A DNA stretch of 64,000 nt. Origin: a virus. Positions 19,200 to 28,547 of this stretch are shown here, one piece after another. A model generated the notes under the pieces. That model was given only the letters and a program-made list of their open reading frames with translations. It ran no database searches and was not told the DNA's origin. The stretch lies in IMG/VR virus record IMGVR_UViG_3300025168_000044, positions 26,957 to 90,956 of that record; one strand, 5' to 3'. Each line of letters starts with the position of its first letter. Positions within the stretch are counted from its first letter, which is position 1. Both the position numbers and the translations under genes were made by a program.

Positions 19200-21830
19200 T
19201 TAATCGTTAGCTATGATGTTGTTAGTCGCATTGGAAATATCAATGTCTCCAGAAGTTTGAGCCGAAGAGCCGGTCAATGTGTTGATATTGTTGAGAATGC
19301 TTTGCCCATAATTAGTCACCAGAGGGCTCATCGTGATGTACGGATTGGTGGCTGCCAGCTGATTCGTTAGGTAGTTCCCAACATTACCCACCCCAGCATT
19401 TGCAAAGTTGATTGCCTGCCCCCCTGCAGCCAATTGGCTATTTGCCGCATTGGCGCTGATCCCTGCTGATGTGTTGTATAATTCCGCTTGTTGAATAGCA
19501 GCTCCTGCTTGTTGTCCTAAAAGCCCAACACCTTGCATCAAAGCGTTGGCTTTGTTGCTGATTAGATTGCCTTCAGAAAGTAAAGTATTGATTCCCATGC
19601 CATAAGCTGTACCTCGACCTGCTAGGCTGCGTTCGACACCACCGAGCAAGGAGGCTGAATTGCTCATGGCCTGAGCGCCCATGTTGAAGCTGTCAATTGC
19701 AGCTTGCCGTCTGGCTTGTTGAAGCGAGTTAGTTCGGTTGTTCTCCAACTCCATTAGAGCAGAAGTATACGCTGGTGAGTTCGGGCTCATCCCGCTTTGA
19801 GCAAATTGCGTATTGAGGGTTTCTCGAACGCCTTGTGCGCTCTGCTGCACTTGATCAGCAGCATCACTGTAAAGGAGATCCAGATAATTACGATACGGCG
19901 TAGGGCTACGAGATTCATTAAACATTTCACGATATTGAGCGCCTACTTCATCATAGTCACTAGCCAGATCCTGAGTCAGAGATTCGTAAGGCCGCAGACG
20001 GTTGATTACTTCTTGATAATCCTGAGCAATCCCCCCTTCGCCTGGAGTAGAGCCGACCAGCTGCGTTTCATATTCGGCAAATCTGGCTTCAAAGGATTGG
20101 GGATTATAGACGGGGTTGCCATCTGAATCCGTGGTGTAGGCGCCAAAGCGATCACCAATGTCCGCAATCGCTTGCCCCATGTCGCGCATGTTATCAATGT
20201 CCTGCTCTGCTAGATCAATTGCGCCGCCTTCATCCAGCAGTTCACTGACCACATTTTCTACACGATCATAAACTGTGGATTCCTCAATGACATTGCCCTC
20301 AGAATCCACTTCAATAGGTTGGCCGTTAAAGGTGTAGCTCTCTGCCGTTGCTGTGGATCCATCCGTTTGCAGGGTATTTCCTGTTGAATCCTGAAAGGTC
20401 CCATCGCCTTGCTGGGTATAGGTTGTTTGATCAATGACAACGCTGGCCCCCTGAGAAAACTGAGCAAATTCGGTATACCCAGATTCTGGTGTAATAATAC
20501 CTACCTCATCTTCACCAACAGCTTTTCCTTTGGATGTAATGCCAACAAAATTTCCATCGGCATCATAGACAAATTGCCCATATCCATCCCCACCCATTTC
20601 TTTAACAAATGAACTGGGGTCACGGTTATAGCTTGTTCTAAGAGAAGGGATTTCTACACCTAAATCTGTCGTTTTAGCAGGGGATTGTTCTTCCGTAGGG
20701 GGTGTGTCACTAACAGTAAACCCTGCTGGCAGGTTGTTCATATCTAACTGCCCAGCAATCGGATTGTTAATCTGAGCGTCAGGAAACAACTCTTGAAGTT
20801 GAGGCAACCCCTCTGGAGTCACAGGGTCAATTGGTTTTTGCCCAGGCACCAGCTCATAACCTTCTGCTAGGGTTTCCCCATCTGCCCCATAAATGCTTTC
20901 GCCTGTTTTAACCTTGATGCTGCCATCAGCTGCACTAGAGAGCTTGCTAAACACGCCGCCCTCTCTTGCCCCATTATCACCTGTTGGGGTACCAAAAAGA
21001 TGATTCATTATGCCATCACGGATCCCAGCATTCTTTGCGTATTCCTTGCTGAGTATGCCAGTGCCATCATAGCCAGACAGCACGTTGTACGGCGTTTCCG
21101 TTGGCTCAAAAGATCCTGTTGTCTCATTGAAGTTGGCATAAACCATTTGTCCTTGGCCGTTGTCCATTAAAATGGTTTCTTCCCCACCACCACTTGGCTG
21201 ATAAACGTATACGCCTCGGTCTTCATCAAAAACAAAGGTGTCGCTATACGCTTGGTCAATTTCTTCTTTTGAAAGCTGGCTGTATTCAGCCTTGCCCAGC
21301 AGCATCTGCGACATATACTGAATCTGGGCTATCGTTTTTGGCGAAAGCCGAATCTGGCTATCCTCAAAGGTTGAGTTCATCCATTCGTTAAAAGCCTCTA
21401 GCGGGTCTTCAGCTTCCACGACCTGAGTGACAAACTCTTCCGCTTCCGCTTCTGTTACCCCACCACTATCACTGGTGGTGGTTGTGGAATTATTAAGGGT
21501 TTCGCCTGTTTTTGGATCTACCCCACCACCACCAAGGTTAATTGGCGTCCCTTGAGTAATGAACTCTGAAATTTGTTGAAGAACTCCTTTTTCTTCCTCT
21601 TCATCCTCCTCTGTGGTCTGACTGTTTACAATGATGTCCCCAAGGCTTTTCTCTGGGTCATCATTGTACTCCCGTAGCCCTGTCATTGGGTTCCGACCAC
21701 CAGAGCCGCCTAGGCGTTTGAGCATTTGGGCTTCTTCAGGATTGATGTGCGCAAGGATGGTGTCTCCCCCTCGCCCCATTTGTTCAGCTTGCTTAAGCAC
21801 GCTTTTCATCCCTGAGCTGTAAGCATTCAT
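19200..21830 (-). CDS. probable internal virion/DNA pilot protein
   Basis: N-terminal GRGGDTILAHINPEEAQMLKRLGGSGGRNPMTGLREY motif common in podovirus ejection proteins; acidic middle; Q/A/N-rich helical C-terminus. Confidence 0.65.
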   Translation of the reverse strand: MNAYSSGMKSVLKQAEQMGRGGDTILAHINPEEAQMLKRLGGSGGRNPMTGLREYNDDPEKSLGDIIVNSQTTEEDEEEEKGVLQQISEFITQGTPINLGGGGVDPKTGETLNNSTTTTSDSGGVTEAEAEEFVTQVVEAEDPLEAFNEWMNSTFEDSQIRLSPKTIAQIQYMSQMLLGKAEYSQLSKEEIDQAYSDTFVFDEDRGVYVYQPSGGGEETILMDNGQGQMVYANFNETTGSFEPTETPYNVLSGYDGTGILSKEYAKNAGIRDGIMNHLFGTPTGDNGAREGGVFSKLSSAADGSIKVKTGESIYGADGETLAEGYELVPGQKPIDPVTPEGLPQLQELFPDAQINNPIAGQLDMNNLPAGFTVSDTPPTEEQSPAKTTDLGVEIPSLRTSYNRDPSSFVKEMGGDGYGQFVYDADGNFVGITSKGKAVGEDEVGIITPESGYTEFAQFSQGASVVIDQTTYTQQGDGTFQDSTGNTLQTDGSTATAESYTFNGQPIEVDSEGNVIEESTVYDRVENVVSELLDEGGAIDLAEQDIDNMRDMGQAIADIGDRFGAYTTDSDGNPVYNPQSFEARFAEYETQLVGSTPGEGGIAQDYQEVINRLRPYESLTQDLASDYDEVGAQYREMFNESRSPTPYRNYLDLLYSDAADQVQQSAQGVRETLNTQFAQSGMSPNSPAYTSALMELENNRTNSLQQARRQAAIDSFNMGAQAMSNSASLLGGVERSLAGRGTAYGMGINTLLSEGNLISNKANALMQGVGLLGQQAGAAIQQAELYNTSAGISANAANSQLAAGGQAINFANAGVGNVGNYLTNQLAATNPYITMSPLVTNYGQSILNNINTLTGSSAQTSGDIDISNATNNIIAND

Positions 21831-22612
21831 CTCGTTTCCTCGGTTTGTTGTGACATGGTTCGTTGTTCCAAATCGCTTAGGGTCCTATCCGTTTCAACAA
21901 CAAAAACTTTACCTGCTGTTGGATTGAGTACCCGATATTGCAGGACAAAGCCTACGGTCCCGCTCGGGAAGTATAGTTTCTCTGTCTTGGTTGCTGTTGA
22001 GGTCAGATTGTAGACTTTGTCGATGGCAACCCCGTCCAGATACCATTGGAGCTCGACAGAGCCCCGATAGGTGATCTGAAACTCAGCATGAGTCCTGATC
22101 CCTCTATAAAATCTGGGAGGCAAGGCTCTTGGAATAGCCCAAAGGATTTCCGCATCCGCAGCAGAATCGGCTGTATTGTGAATGTGGGGTACAAACCCAT
22201 AGCTAATTGGGTCAAAATAAAGCCGAAGGGTTTCCGTCACTTCAGTGGTGGAAGCCTCTTTTTTTGTTGCGACGGTATACAGTGTATCTTTAGCGTTTCC
22301 ATCTACATAAACTTGAGGGCGTAAAGTACCAGCTCCTCGGAAACCAATCTCGTAGTAGTGGAAAAGCTGCTGCTCTAGGAAGCTCTCCACCGGCACGGTT
22401 TCAAATACATAATTAAGCAGTGAAGTAGATGAGCTTGAGAGATGGCCGATATAGCCAGAGGTAGCCACTGGCAGAGTCAGGCGCCGCCCCCGAAAACTAT
22501 TATGGTTTGGAAGGTTCACCGCTGTCATGATATTTAAGCCATCAACACTCACAGTGATTGTCGGTGCCCCCACATACTCAACTCTCAAAGCGGTGAATAA
22601 AACCCGATTCAT
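21827..22612 (-). CDS. virion structural protein of three beta-rich repeats resembling the nozzle C-terminal domain
   Basis: TITVSVDG / PQVYVDG / LQWYLDG repeats each followed by LxLP or LYF(P/D); ATGA overlaps with neighbours. Confidence 0.6.
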   Translation of the reverse strand: MNRVLFTALRVEYVGAPTITVSVDGLNIMTAVNLPNHNSFRGRRLTLPVATSGYIGHLSSSSTSLLNYVFETVPVESFLEQQLFHYYEIGFRGAGTLRPQVYVDGNAKDTLYTVATKKEASTTEVTETLRLYFDPISYGFVPHIHNTADSAADAEILWAIPRALPPRFYRGIRTHAEFQITYRGSVELQWYLDGVAIDKVYNLTSTATKTEKLYFPSGTVGFVLQYRVLNPTAGKVFVVETDRTLSDLEQRTMSQQTEETR

Positions 22613-22806
22613 GAGAATTCGTTTGTCAACGCAGTCTTAATCGCTGCAAGATCGGCGTTACTGCTACTTGTGATGATCTCCACAATCTTGTCAACCTGTG
22701 CTTGTAGATTCGCTGTGTTGTCATAAGTCTGCCGAAATGACTCACGGATTTTTGGATCTTCTACCAAAAAATATTGTTCGTAATTGCTGTTTTTTTGTTG
22801 TGCCAT
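22609..22806 (-). CDS. small virion-associated hypothetical protein
   Basis: 65-aa ORF tightly packed between structural genes. Confidence 0.6.
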   Translation of the reverse strand: MAQQKNSNYEQYFLVEDPKIRESFRQTYDNTANLQAQVDKIVEIITSSSNADLAAIKTALTNEFS

Positions 22807-22807
22807 A

Positions 22808-25800
22808 TTAGCTCGTTATCACTTCATATTCGGTATCAATCCAATCAACCTTGCCTGTTGACCAGTTGATTTCCACACTCCAAGTGTCTGCCACAGGCAG
22901 CCCGTAAAGCGTATTGGCCGTGTTCGTTGTGGGGAGATGCACTCTCGCTGGCTCAGAGCGCGTACCGCTCTCAATCGTGACTGTAACCGGAGTTGCTACT
23001 GCGGGATCGGCTGTATCAAAGAAAACAGCCTTCCCATCTAGAAAGACTTGTACCGTCCCACTACCCGTACCATTGATGGTCACATTGCGCACTAGCTTCA
23101 GACTGCCAAATGCCCCGCCGTCAAACTCTCTGGATTTATAATTAAACCCAAGACGGCTACTCCCACCTCGAATCACACCTCTGCGGGAAAAAAGCTGATT
23201 TACAGATGAGCGGTAATACAAAACAGGAGGGAGCGTTTGGCCTGAATTATTTGCAGGAGTTGTGCTGCTGCCCTCTTTTAAATCTATGCGGCTGATTGGG
23301 AACCCTTGTAGCGAAAAATCGACGGCAAAGCCTGTTTCTGTCCCATCCACGACATAGTAAACATCTTCAAATTGCGCAGCATGGAGCTGTGACCCAGTAG
23401 CCAGACCTAGTGTAGCTAACCGGCCTCGCGTGATATTGACTACAGATTCTCCGTTATAGGCACAAATCCCTGTTTGTGAAACCCAGACTAAATACTGCCC
23501 GACCTGAGCGATGGTCCGTTCTTGGTTTTTGGGTAATCCCTCTGTTGAAGCCAATTTTGATTTGCGCATTTGATCGTGGCGGCTACCTGTGACTCTAAAA
23601 ACCCCTGAGCCTGTCCAGACAATTAACTCACCTGGGTAGCTGTGCAAACCAGTAATACTGCTTTCAAACTCAACGTATCCAGCCAGCGGCCAGTTACGAG
23701 GGTTGTTGTACTCGCTGACAAAAAGGAAAGAGTCAGACTTGTTTACATTTAAACCCCCATATCTAGCGGCTGGCGTGGATTCGGTCCCGACTGCAAAAAA
23801 GAAGTTGTTGCTCTCTTTTAAAAACCGCAAATACGTTGGAGCTGCTGTCTGAGTTGCCCCGCTAGTTAACCCCCCAGTGGTTAATCCTGTTGCAAAAATG
23901 TCTAGAAAGTCGCTGGTCCCTGTGATCGCACCTGAATTTACTCCATTGCCGTTGCGATCAAACACATCAAAACACCGCACAACAGCATAAGTATCATCCA
24001 CTTCAGAGCTAGTGTTTGTGCCAGTAATTACTTTTTTCTCCAACCAAAAGTCTGCAGCTAAAAATCGCTTATTTGCCCCAGGATTAGGCGTTGATCCGGT
24101 TTGTGCAACCAGCGTAATAGTTGGGGCAGCATTGCCAGCAAACGTGATCCCGACGGTGTTGGCCTTGGCGGGCGAATTGCTACCAACAGTCACAAAAGTG
24201 TCTTGGTAAGCGTAGAATTTGAGCCGATACGCTTCACCTGTTTCCAAGTTAGAAAAGCTGACTTGTTTGCTGGTAGCGCCAGTATTGCTCGCATCATAGG
24301 CAAAAGTTACTGCCGGTCTATTTTGATAAGTTGAACCGGCAAAGACACTTTCTGGAGCAATGTAGCCAAGATCAACTGTAGCCGTGTTGTCACGCCTCTC
24401 CAGTTTGTAAGCTACCAAGGGCGTTGTCGAATTTATGGAGGTGTGAAGATCCGGCAGAGCAATCGTGAAGTTTAAGCGTTGGGGGCTGTTGAGCAAATTC
24501 AGCGAATTGCTTAGAACAAGGGGTTCTTGAGTGGTTACTTGCGTATAATCTGCACTGAGTTGAGGGAGGTAGTTGCTTTGGCGCACACTGCGCAAAAAAT
24601 AACCATGCCCCGTCAGGGTAAATGCACGGTTTGCTGCCAGCCAGTTGTAGCCTCTTGCCGTGTCCTCATCTTCTGAACCGACATCGCTGTCAGACGCATA
24701 GACTTTGTAGAGCTTGCGACGGGCGTCATCGTAGGTAAAAGCCGGTGTGGTGGGGATAGAAGCTACTGCTGGGATTAAATCTGTACGGTCACTATATGTG
24801 TAATTTGTGATCGTATCTGTGAGATTACTATATGTGTAAGTGGCATTGGTTGTGAAACTGTCCGTATGAAGGCTATAGGTGTAGTTTGTATTTGTGCTGG
24901 CTGTAGTTCTGTTAGTTAAATTATAATAATGAACTGTTGCTACGTCTCCAGTAGCAAAATTGCTTTGATCGTATGTCGTAAGACCAAAGCTACCAATATT
25001 GTAACTGTACGTTCCGTCAGAAACCTGCGTAGGGCGGCTACTTGAATTATTGTAGAAATAATTTGCTACCGCAGGGTTTGTGACATCTGCGGCGAAAACA
25101 ACCACACTATTCCACCAAACACGAACCCACCAAAGGTCTGATGTATCATAATAGTAATATCCGTAGATTTTTGTAGTCACCCCAGCGCTTGTTGATTGTG
25201 AAATAAGACCGGCTCTTACAAAAAAGTAACCTGCATAGGCTGAGTTATTATATCCAGTTGTACTACTGTTCATATAACAGGACGTAGAATTTTTGGCTTG
25301 GGTTCCGGCTGCGACAGACGCACCAAGTTCAGACGAGGAAGTCGTGAGCCCCGTGAACGACCGAAGAAGCGTAGAGTTAAAATAAAGTGTGAGGCTGCCG
25401 TAGGCGCCCGTGCCACTACTTGTCTCTTCTGTTTTCCAGTAAAATCCGCTGGATATCCCACCAGTTTGCATAACTAATTTTTTCAGGAATATCCATTTGT
25501 AATCGTATCCTATGCCTGTTGTCGCACTTGAAGGGGGTGTTTCTGTTGTACCCCCACTTGTCCCTGTCCCGAGCCGTGTGTAGAAATTATTGTAAGCAAT
25601 TGAATTTCCAGCACCATCTTGGAGAGCTGACCCAGTATATGTGGTTGGAGCATAATAATAAGTGGCCCCATTGCGCGTATAGGTATTAAAAGTGTAGTTA
25701 TCCATCCCAGAGCGGGAGTCTGAGAAATTTGTCCCTGGGGCATACACAGGGGTAAATTGGCTGACCGATGAAGAGCTTAATGTGACCGTGGAGCCAGCAG

Positions 25801-26635
25801 ACCCGCCCGTTGGTTCTTGAATAGCCACCTGCCCTGCCTCTTGATAAAAAGTGTCCCCATCATGGTACCACTCAATCTTATTTCTAGCGGTATCTACTTG
25901 GCCTGTAGTAGTATACGGGGGAGTGAATTGAAAAGCGGTAGTAGACAATACCGAAAAAGTCTGCGTTGTACTGCCAGTTGCATTTTGAATTTTACCGTTG
26001 TCTGGGTGCTGAAAGTAGGTAATATTATTTTTAGTCCAAGCGACTCTTCCTCTAGCTGTGTCTGTAGAGCCTTGTTGATAAACTGGATCAAATTCACTAG
26101 CGTTGCTAGTCGTTACCGTAACGGTCTGTGCTGAAGTCCCTGTCGAGCCGGTGACTTGGCTGACAAGAATTTCTGAAGTGGCAAGGTTTTCAGAAGTTGC
26201 AGTTGCATTAGTGGCACTAAAAGTTGAAGTTCCTGGCGAGTTGAAATTAATTGTCTCCGCTTGCTGGGCACCATCTCGAAAAACCCTGAGTTGCCCATCG
26301 CTATGCCCAACTCCAAACGTCACATATAAGTCTTTGTTCCATAAGGAAAAATCCGTTGAGTTTGCATAGTAAGGCGTGGTTGAAGGGACACCCGTGTCAT
26401 CTTGAGAATAGATACTTACCCAACGCCCAGCAAAGAGAATATCGCTTAAGTTCCCGGGCTCATAAAAATAACTACCGCCAGCTTTTTCAGCAGTATTGAG
26501 CTGTTCACGGCCTTCCAGCCTCACTAATGCCAAATCAACATTGCTCATATCTTGGCCTTGCGTTTCGCCAATCGTATGGCCGCTAATCTTGTTGTTCAGG
26601 CCCCCGCGAAAATCGACAATGATGCTTTTAGCCAT
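22808..26635 (-). CDS. tail nozzle / DNA stabilisation protein with large internal insertion
   Basis: N-terminal DFRGGLN motif; C-terminal beta-propeller-like SEYNNPRNWP and YKSREF motifs; T/S/Y-rich insert. Confidence 0.7.
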   Translation of the reverse strand: MAKSIIVDFRGGLNNKISGHTIGETQGQDMSNVDLALVRLEGREQLNTAEKAGGSYFYEPGNLSDILFAGRWVSIYSQDDTGVPSTTPYYANSTDFSLWNKDLYVTFGVGHSDGQLRVFRDGAQQAETINFNSPGTSTFSATNATATSENLATSEILVSQVTGSTGTSAQTVTVTTSNASEFDPVYQQGSTDTARGRVAWTKNNITYFQHPDNGKIQNATGSTTQTFSVLSTTAFQFTPPYTTTGQVDTARNKIEWYHDGDTFYQEAGQVAIQEPTGGSAGSTVTLSSSSVSQFTPVYAPGTNFSDSRSGMDNYTFNTYTRNGATYYYAPTTYTGSALQDGAGNSIAYNNFYTRLGTGTSGGTTETPPSSATTGIGYDYKWIFLKKLVMQTGGISSGFYWKTEETSSGTGAYGSLTLYFNSTLLRSFTGLTTSSSELGASVAAGTQAKNSTSCYMNSSTTGYNNSAYAGYFFVRAGLISQSTSAGVTTKIYGYYYYDTSDLWWVRVWWNSVVVFAADVTNPAVANYFYNNSSSRPTQVSDGTYSYNIGSFGLTTYDQSNFATGDVATVHYYNLTNRTTASTNTNYTYSLHTDSFTTNATYTYSNLTDTITNYTYSDRTDLIPAVASIPTTPAFTYDDARRKLYKVYASDSDVGSEDEDTARGYNWLAANRAFTLTGHGYFLRSVRQSNYLPQLSADYTQVTTQEPLVLSNSLNLLNSPQRLNFTIALPDLHTSINSTTPLVAYKLERRDNTATVDLGYIAPESVFAGSTYQNRPAVTFAYDASNTGATSKQVSFSNLETGEAYRLKFYAYQDTFVTVGSNSPAKANTVGITFAGNAAPTITLVAQTGSTPNPGANKRFLAADFWLEKKVITGTNTSSEVDDTYAVVRCFDVFDRNGNGVNSGAITGTSDFLDIFATGLTTGGLTSGATQTAAPTYLRFLKESNNFFFAVGTESTPAARYGGLNVNKSDSFLFVSEYNNPRNWPLAGYVEFESSITGLHSYPGELIVWTGSGVFRVTGSRHDQMRKSKLASTEGLPKNQERTIAQVGQYLVWVSQTGICAYNGESVVNITRGRLATLGLATGSQLHAAQFEDVYYVVDGTETGFAVDFSLQGFPISRIDLKEGSSTTPANNSGQTLPPVLYYRSSVNQLFSRRGVIRGGSSRLGFNYKSREFDGGAFGSLKLVRNVTINGTGSGTVQVFLDGKAVFFDTADPAVATPVTVTIESGTRSEPARVHLPTTNTANTLYGLPVADTWSVEINWSTGKVDWIDTEYEVITS

Positions 26636-26911
26636 TTAGCACTCCCACCGCTTCCGGCTCCAGAAATTTGCACTTAACTTATTATTTCCCAAGGGTTTGC
26701 TCCTAGCACAATAGCTCTTCTTAGCCTTTGCATTGTTTTTGCGCACTGGTAAATTTGGGTCTCCAAATCGTACTAAACGCACTTGATCGCCTGACTTAGC
26801 AAGAACGGCATATTCCTTTTTGCCTCCTGAAGTCCGAACCGGCGAATTGTATTTCTTGAAAGTAATTCCGCCCCGAGTCATCTTGCTGGATTTACTTTTT
26901 TCTTTTGGCAT
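26636..26911 (-). CDS. small basic protein (FGDP...SYCAR...FWS; DUF6321/DUF5754-like)
   Basis: homolog of 45671..45913 (PVRT, FGDPN, S[YF]xAR, [FY]WS). Confidence 0.75.
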   Translation of the reverse strand: MPKEKSKSSKMTRGGITFKKYNSPVRTSGGKKEYAVLAKSGDQVRLVRFGDPNLPVRKNNAKAKKSYCARSKPLGNNKLSANFWSRKRWEC

Positions 26912-27167
26912 GAGCCCCTTTTTTTGTGGCTACATTTGTTGGTTTTCCACCAATTGCTTGAGCTTTTGAGCGTTTACGGCGTACTGCCGATTGCTTTTCA
27001 GAATCACTCATTTTAGAAGCTTTAGAACTTGGGACACATTTCGGGTATCCTTTAGAGCTGGTAGATGCTTTCTTGCGACCACATGGCGGGTGAGAGCCAT
27101 CTTTCTTTTTACGAGAGATGTCTACCCATTTCTGTTTATGCCAACTGTCTAACCCTCCTTTTGCCAT
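26892..27167 (-). CDS. small basic protein, C-terminal half of a DUF5872-like family
   Basis: MAKGGLDSWHKQKWVD...YPKCVP; ATG overlaps upstream TAA (TAATG), so start moved from 27203 to 27167. Confidence 0.72.
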   Translation of the reverse strand: MAKGGLDSWHKQKWVDISRKKKDGSHPPCGRKKASTSSKGYPKCVPSSKASKMSDSEKQSAVRRKRSKAQAIGGKPTNVATKKGAHAKRKK

Positions 27168-27337
27168 TACTTGCCTTTCTTTTTCTTGGGCTTTTTCGAC
27201 CAAGTGCCGCCCATTTCCTTGTATCTCTTACTTGCGTAGCTGTTTGAGTATGCGCTTGGTACCACTTTGTACTTCCGTTTTGCTTCCGCTTGGGCTTTGG
27301 CCCAGAGACTCGGATTGTTGGGCTTGTTTTCGCTCAT
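27167..27337 (-). CDS. 56-aa basic protein, N-terminal half of a DUF5872-like family (not in ORF track)
   Basis: translated by hand: MSENKPNNPSLWAKAQAEAKRKYKVVPSAYSNSYASKRYKEMGGTWSKKPKKKKGK; matches NPSLW...YKDAGGGY in 40480..40869. Confidence 0.75.
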   Translation of the reverse strand: MSENKPNNPSLWAKAQAEAKRKYKVVPSAYSNSYASKRYKEMGGTWSKKPKKKKGK

Positions 27338-27475
27338 TTTCTACCGCTTTTTGCAAAGGTTTTTTGTTGAGGCTGGGCTCAGGGATGTAGTCCTCCAAAT
27401 GAGGGTCCCAGCGACACCAGCCGTACTCTGGGGACCACATCGTTTGAATACGCTTTGCTGTGCGGCCATACCTCA

Positions 27476-27649
27476 CTACTGCTCCTTGGCCTTTTTTTTG
27501 GCTGTAGCTGACAGATCCTTCATGTGAAAAAGCGGCTTACTACTTGCCGTGTGCGTTGCACCAGTATGTAAAGCCCCATCTTTCATCTTATGCGTAGGTC
27601 CGTTATAGGCTTTGCCTGTCCGAAAGTAGTGTTTAGCTCCAGCAGCCAT
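27476..27649 (-). CDS. 57-aa His/Lys-rich protein (KHYF...HKM..G.LHTG)
   Basis: ATG in TGATG overlap; homolog of 46418..46597. Confidence 0.75.
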   Translation of the reverse strand: MAAGAKHYFRTGKAYNGPTHKMKDGALHTGATHTASSKPLFHMKDLSATAKKKAKEQ

Positions 27650-27732
27650 CAGTACCCCTTCTTCTTTTTCACCACTTTTTTTTTCTTGGCAACCGGCTTT
27701 TTCGACATTGGCTTTTTCTTCATACCGTACAT
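27649..27732 (-). CDS. 27-aa lysine-rich microprotein (not in ORF track)
   Basis: AGGAG-5 nt-ATG; MYGMKKKPMSKKPVAKKKKVVKKKKGY; TGA overlaps next ATG. Confidence 0.65.
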   Translation of the reverse strand: MYGMKKKPMSKKPVAKKKKVVKKKKGY

Positions 27733-27754
27733 AACAGCTCCTAGTTAAATTGGT

Positions 27755-27822
27755 GAGGGCTTTTGGGCTCGCTGCAGGCAGACCCCTCTGCCTTTGGCTT
27801 ACGCCAAGAGAACCCAGCCCCC
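27755..27822 (-). ncRNA. candidate structured RNA (three-way junction)
   Basis: outer stems GGGGGCT/AGCCCTC and GGGTTC/GAGCCC enclose TTGGC-GTAA-GCCAA and AGGCAGA-GGGG-TCTGCCT hairpins. Confidence 0.5.
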
Positions 27823-27827
27823 ATGTG

Positions 27828-28205
27828 TTAATAAGTCCAAACAGTTGGCCGATAACGATCACTGTCCTCAGCTTCCAAATCATCAATGTGGAGGAAACGC
27901 CCTCCAGCCACCCCTATGCCAAGCATCCCGTATTTCAGGGCCAATTTGAGCAGTAGGTGCATGTCCCCACCACGGCATGACAGATCAGCAGCCCTGCCTG
28001 TCGTATGAGGCCCTGTTCGGCTTTTAGTCCCACTCACTTTTTCGTTGTGATCAGGGCACCGATAGCCCGAATTTATTTTGATTGGCTTCTGATATTCACT
28101 GCGAATGCACTGCAGCTTATCAATAAATTTATCGCTCATCAGGTTTCCCCCACAGCCACATTTGCATATAAACTCAGTTGCACTGAAATTGATTGTATCC
28201 TTCAT
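27828..28205 (-). CDS. endolysin, peptidase M15A
   Basis: NFS..EFICKCGCG, INSGYRC..HN, H..GRAAD, FLHID. Confidence 0.88.
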   Translation of the reverse strand: MKDTINFSATEFICKCGCGGNLMSDKFIDKLQCIRSEYQKPIKINSGYRCPDHNEKVSGTKSRTGPHTTGRAADLSCRGGDMHLLLKLALKYGMLGIGVAGGRFLHIDDLEAEDSDRYRPTVWTY

Positions 28206-28546
28206 TTGCTGTTCTTTGTTTCTTGCTGCATGATGATTTTAAGCTCATTGATGCTGGTGTGAAGATCCTGCAAAACTTTAGTTGTATTTTCCATAATACC
28301 CATCAGGCTTTGATAGCTCGACTTCTGGAGCTCCAAGACTCTGATGTCGCTAGCAGTGTCTTTTTCGTCAAATCTCTTACGTTCTTCAGATGCCTCCAAC
28401 CGTAGTTTCTCCCGCTCAAGCTGGTGTTCTTGCTCTTTTCGATCAAATGTCTGGTTTAGAAAGCGGATGTACCAAAAGGCGCAACCGAGAACTAACGTTG
28501 ATGTCCCAAGTTGTTGGGCCATTTCGACAAACCCTGCATCAATCAT
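28202..28546 (-). CDS. holin-like protein (one TM helix + coiled coil)
   Basis: LGTSTLVLGCAFWYI TM; GGAG RBS before ATG 28546; directly upstream of the endolysin. Confidence 0.6.
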   Translation of the reverse strand: MIDAGFVEMAQQLGTSTLVLGCAFWYIRFLNQTFDRKEQEHQLEREKLRLEASEERKRFDEKDTASDIRVLELQKSSYQSLMGIMENTTKVLQDLHTSINELKIIMQQETKNSK

Positions 28547-28547
28547 A

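Noticed and set aside
68-20082. diversity-generating retroelement as the source of the shared patches
   Set aside because: No reverse transcriptase seen; repeats are far shorter than TR/VR pairs and show no adenine-specific pattern
27228-27476. 82-aa GTG-start ORF
   Set aside because: Its 3' half overlaps the better-supported 27167..27337 gene; the 5' part may code but I cannot support it
27650-27886. N-terminal 79 aa of track ORF 27476..27886
   Set aside because: Overlaps the endolysin end, the RNA element and the 27-aa gene; the homolog indicates a start at 27649
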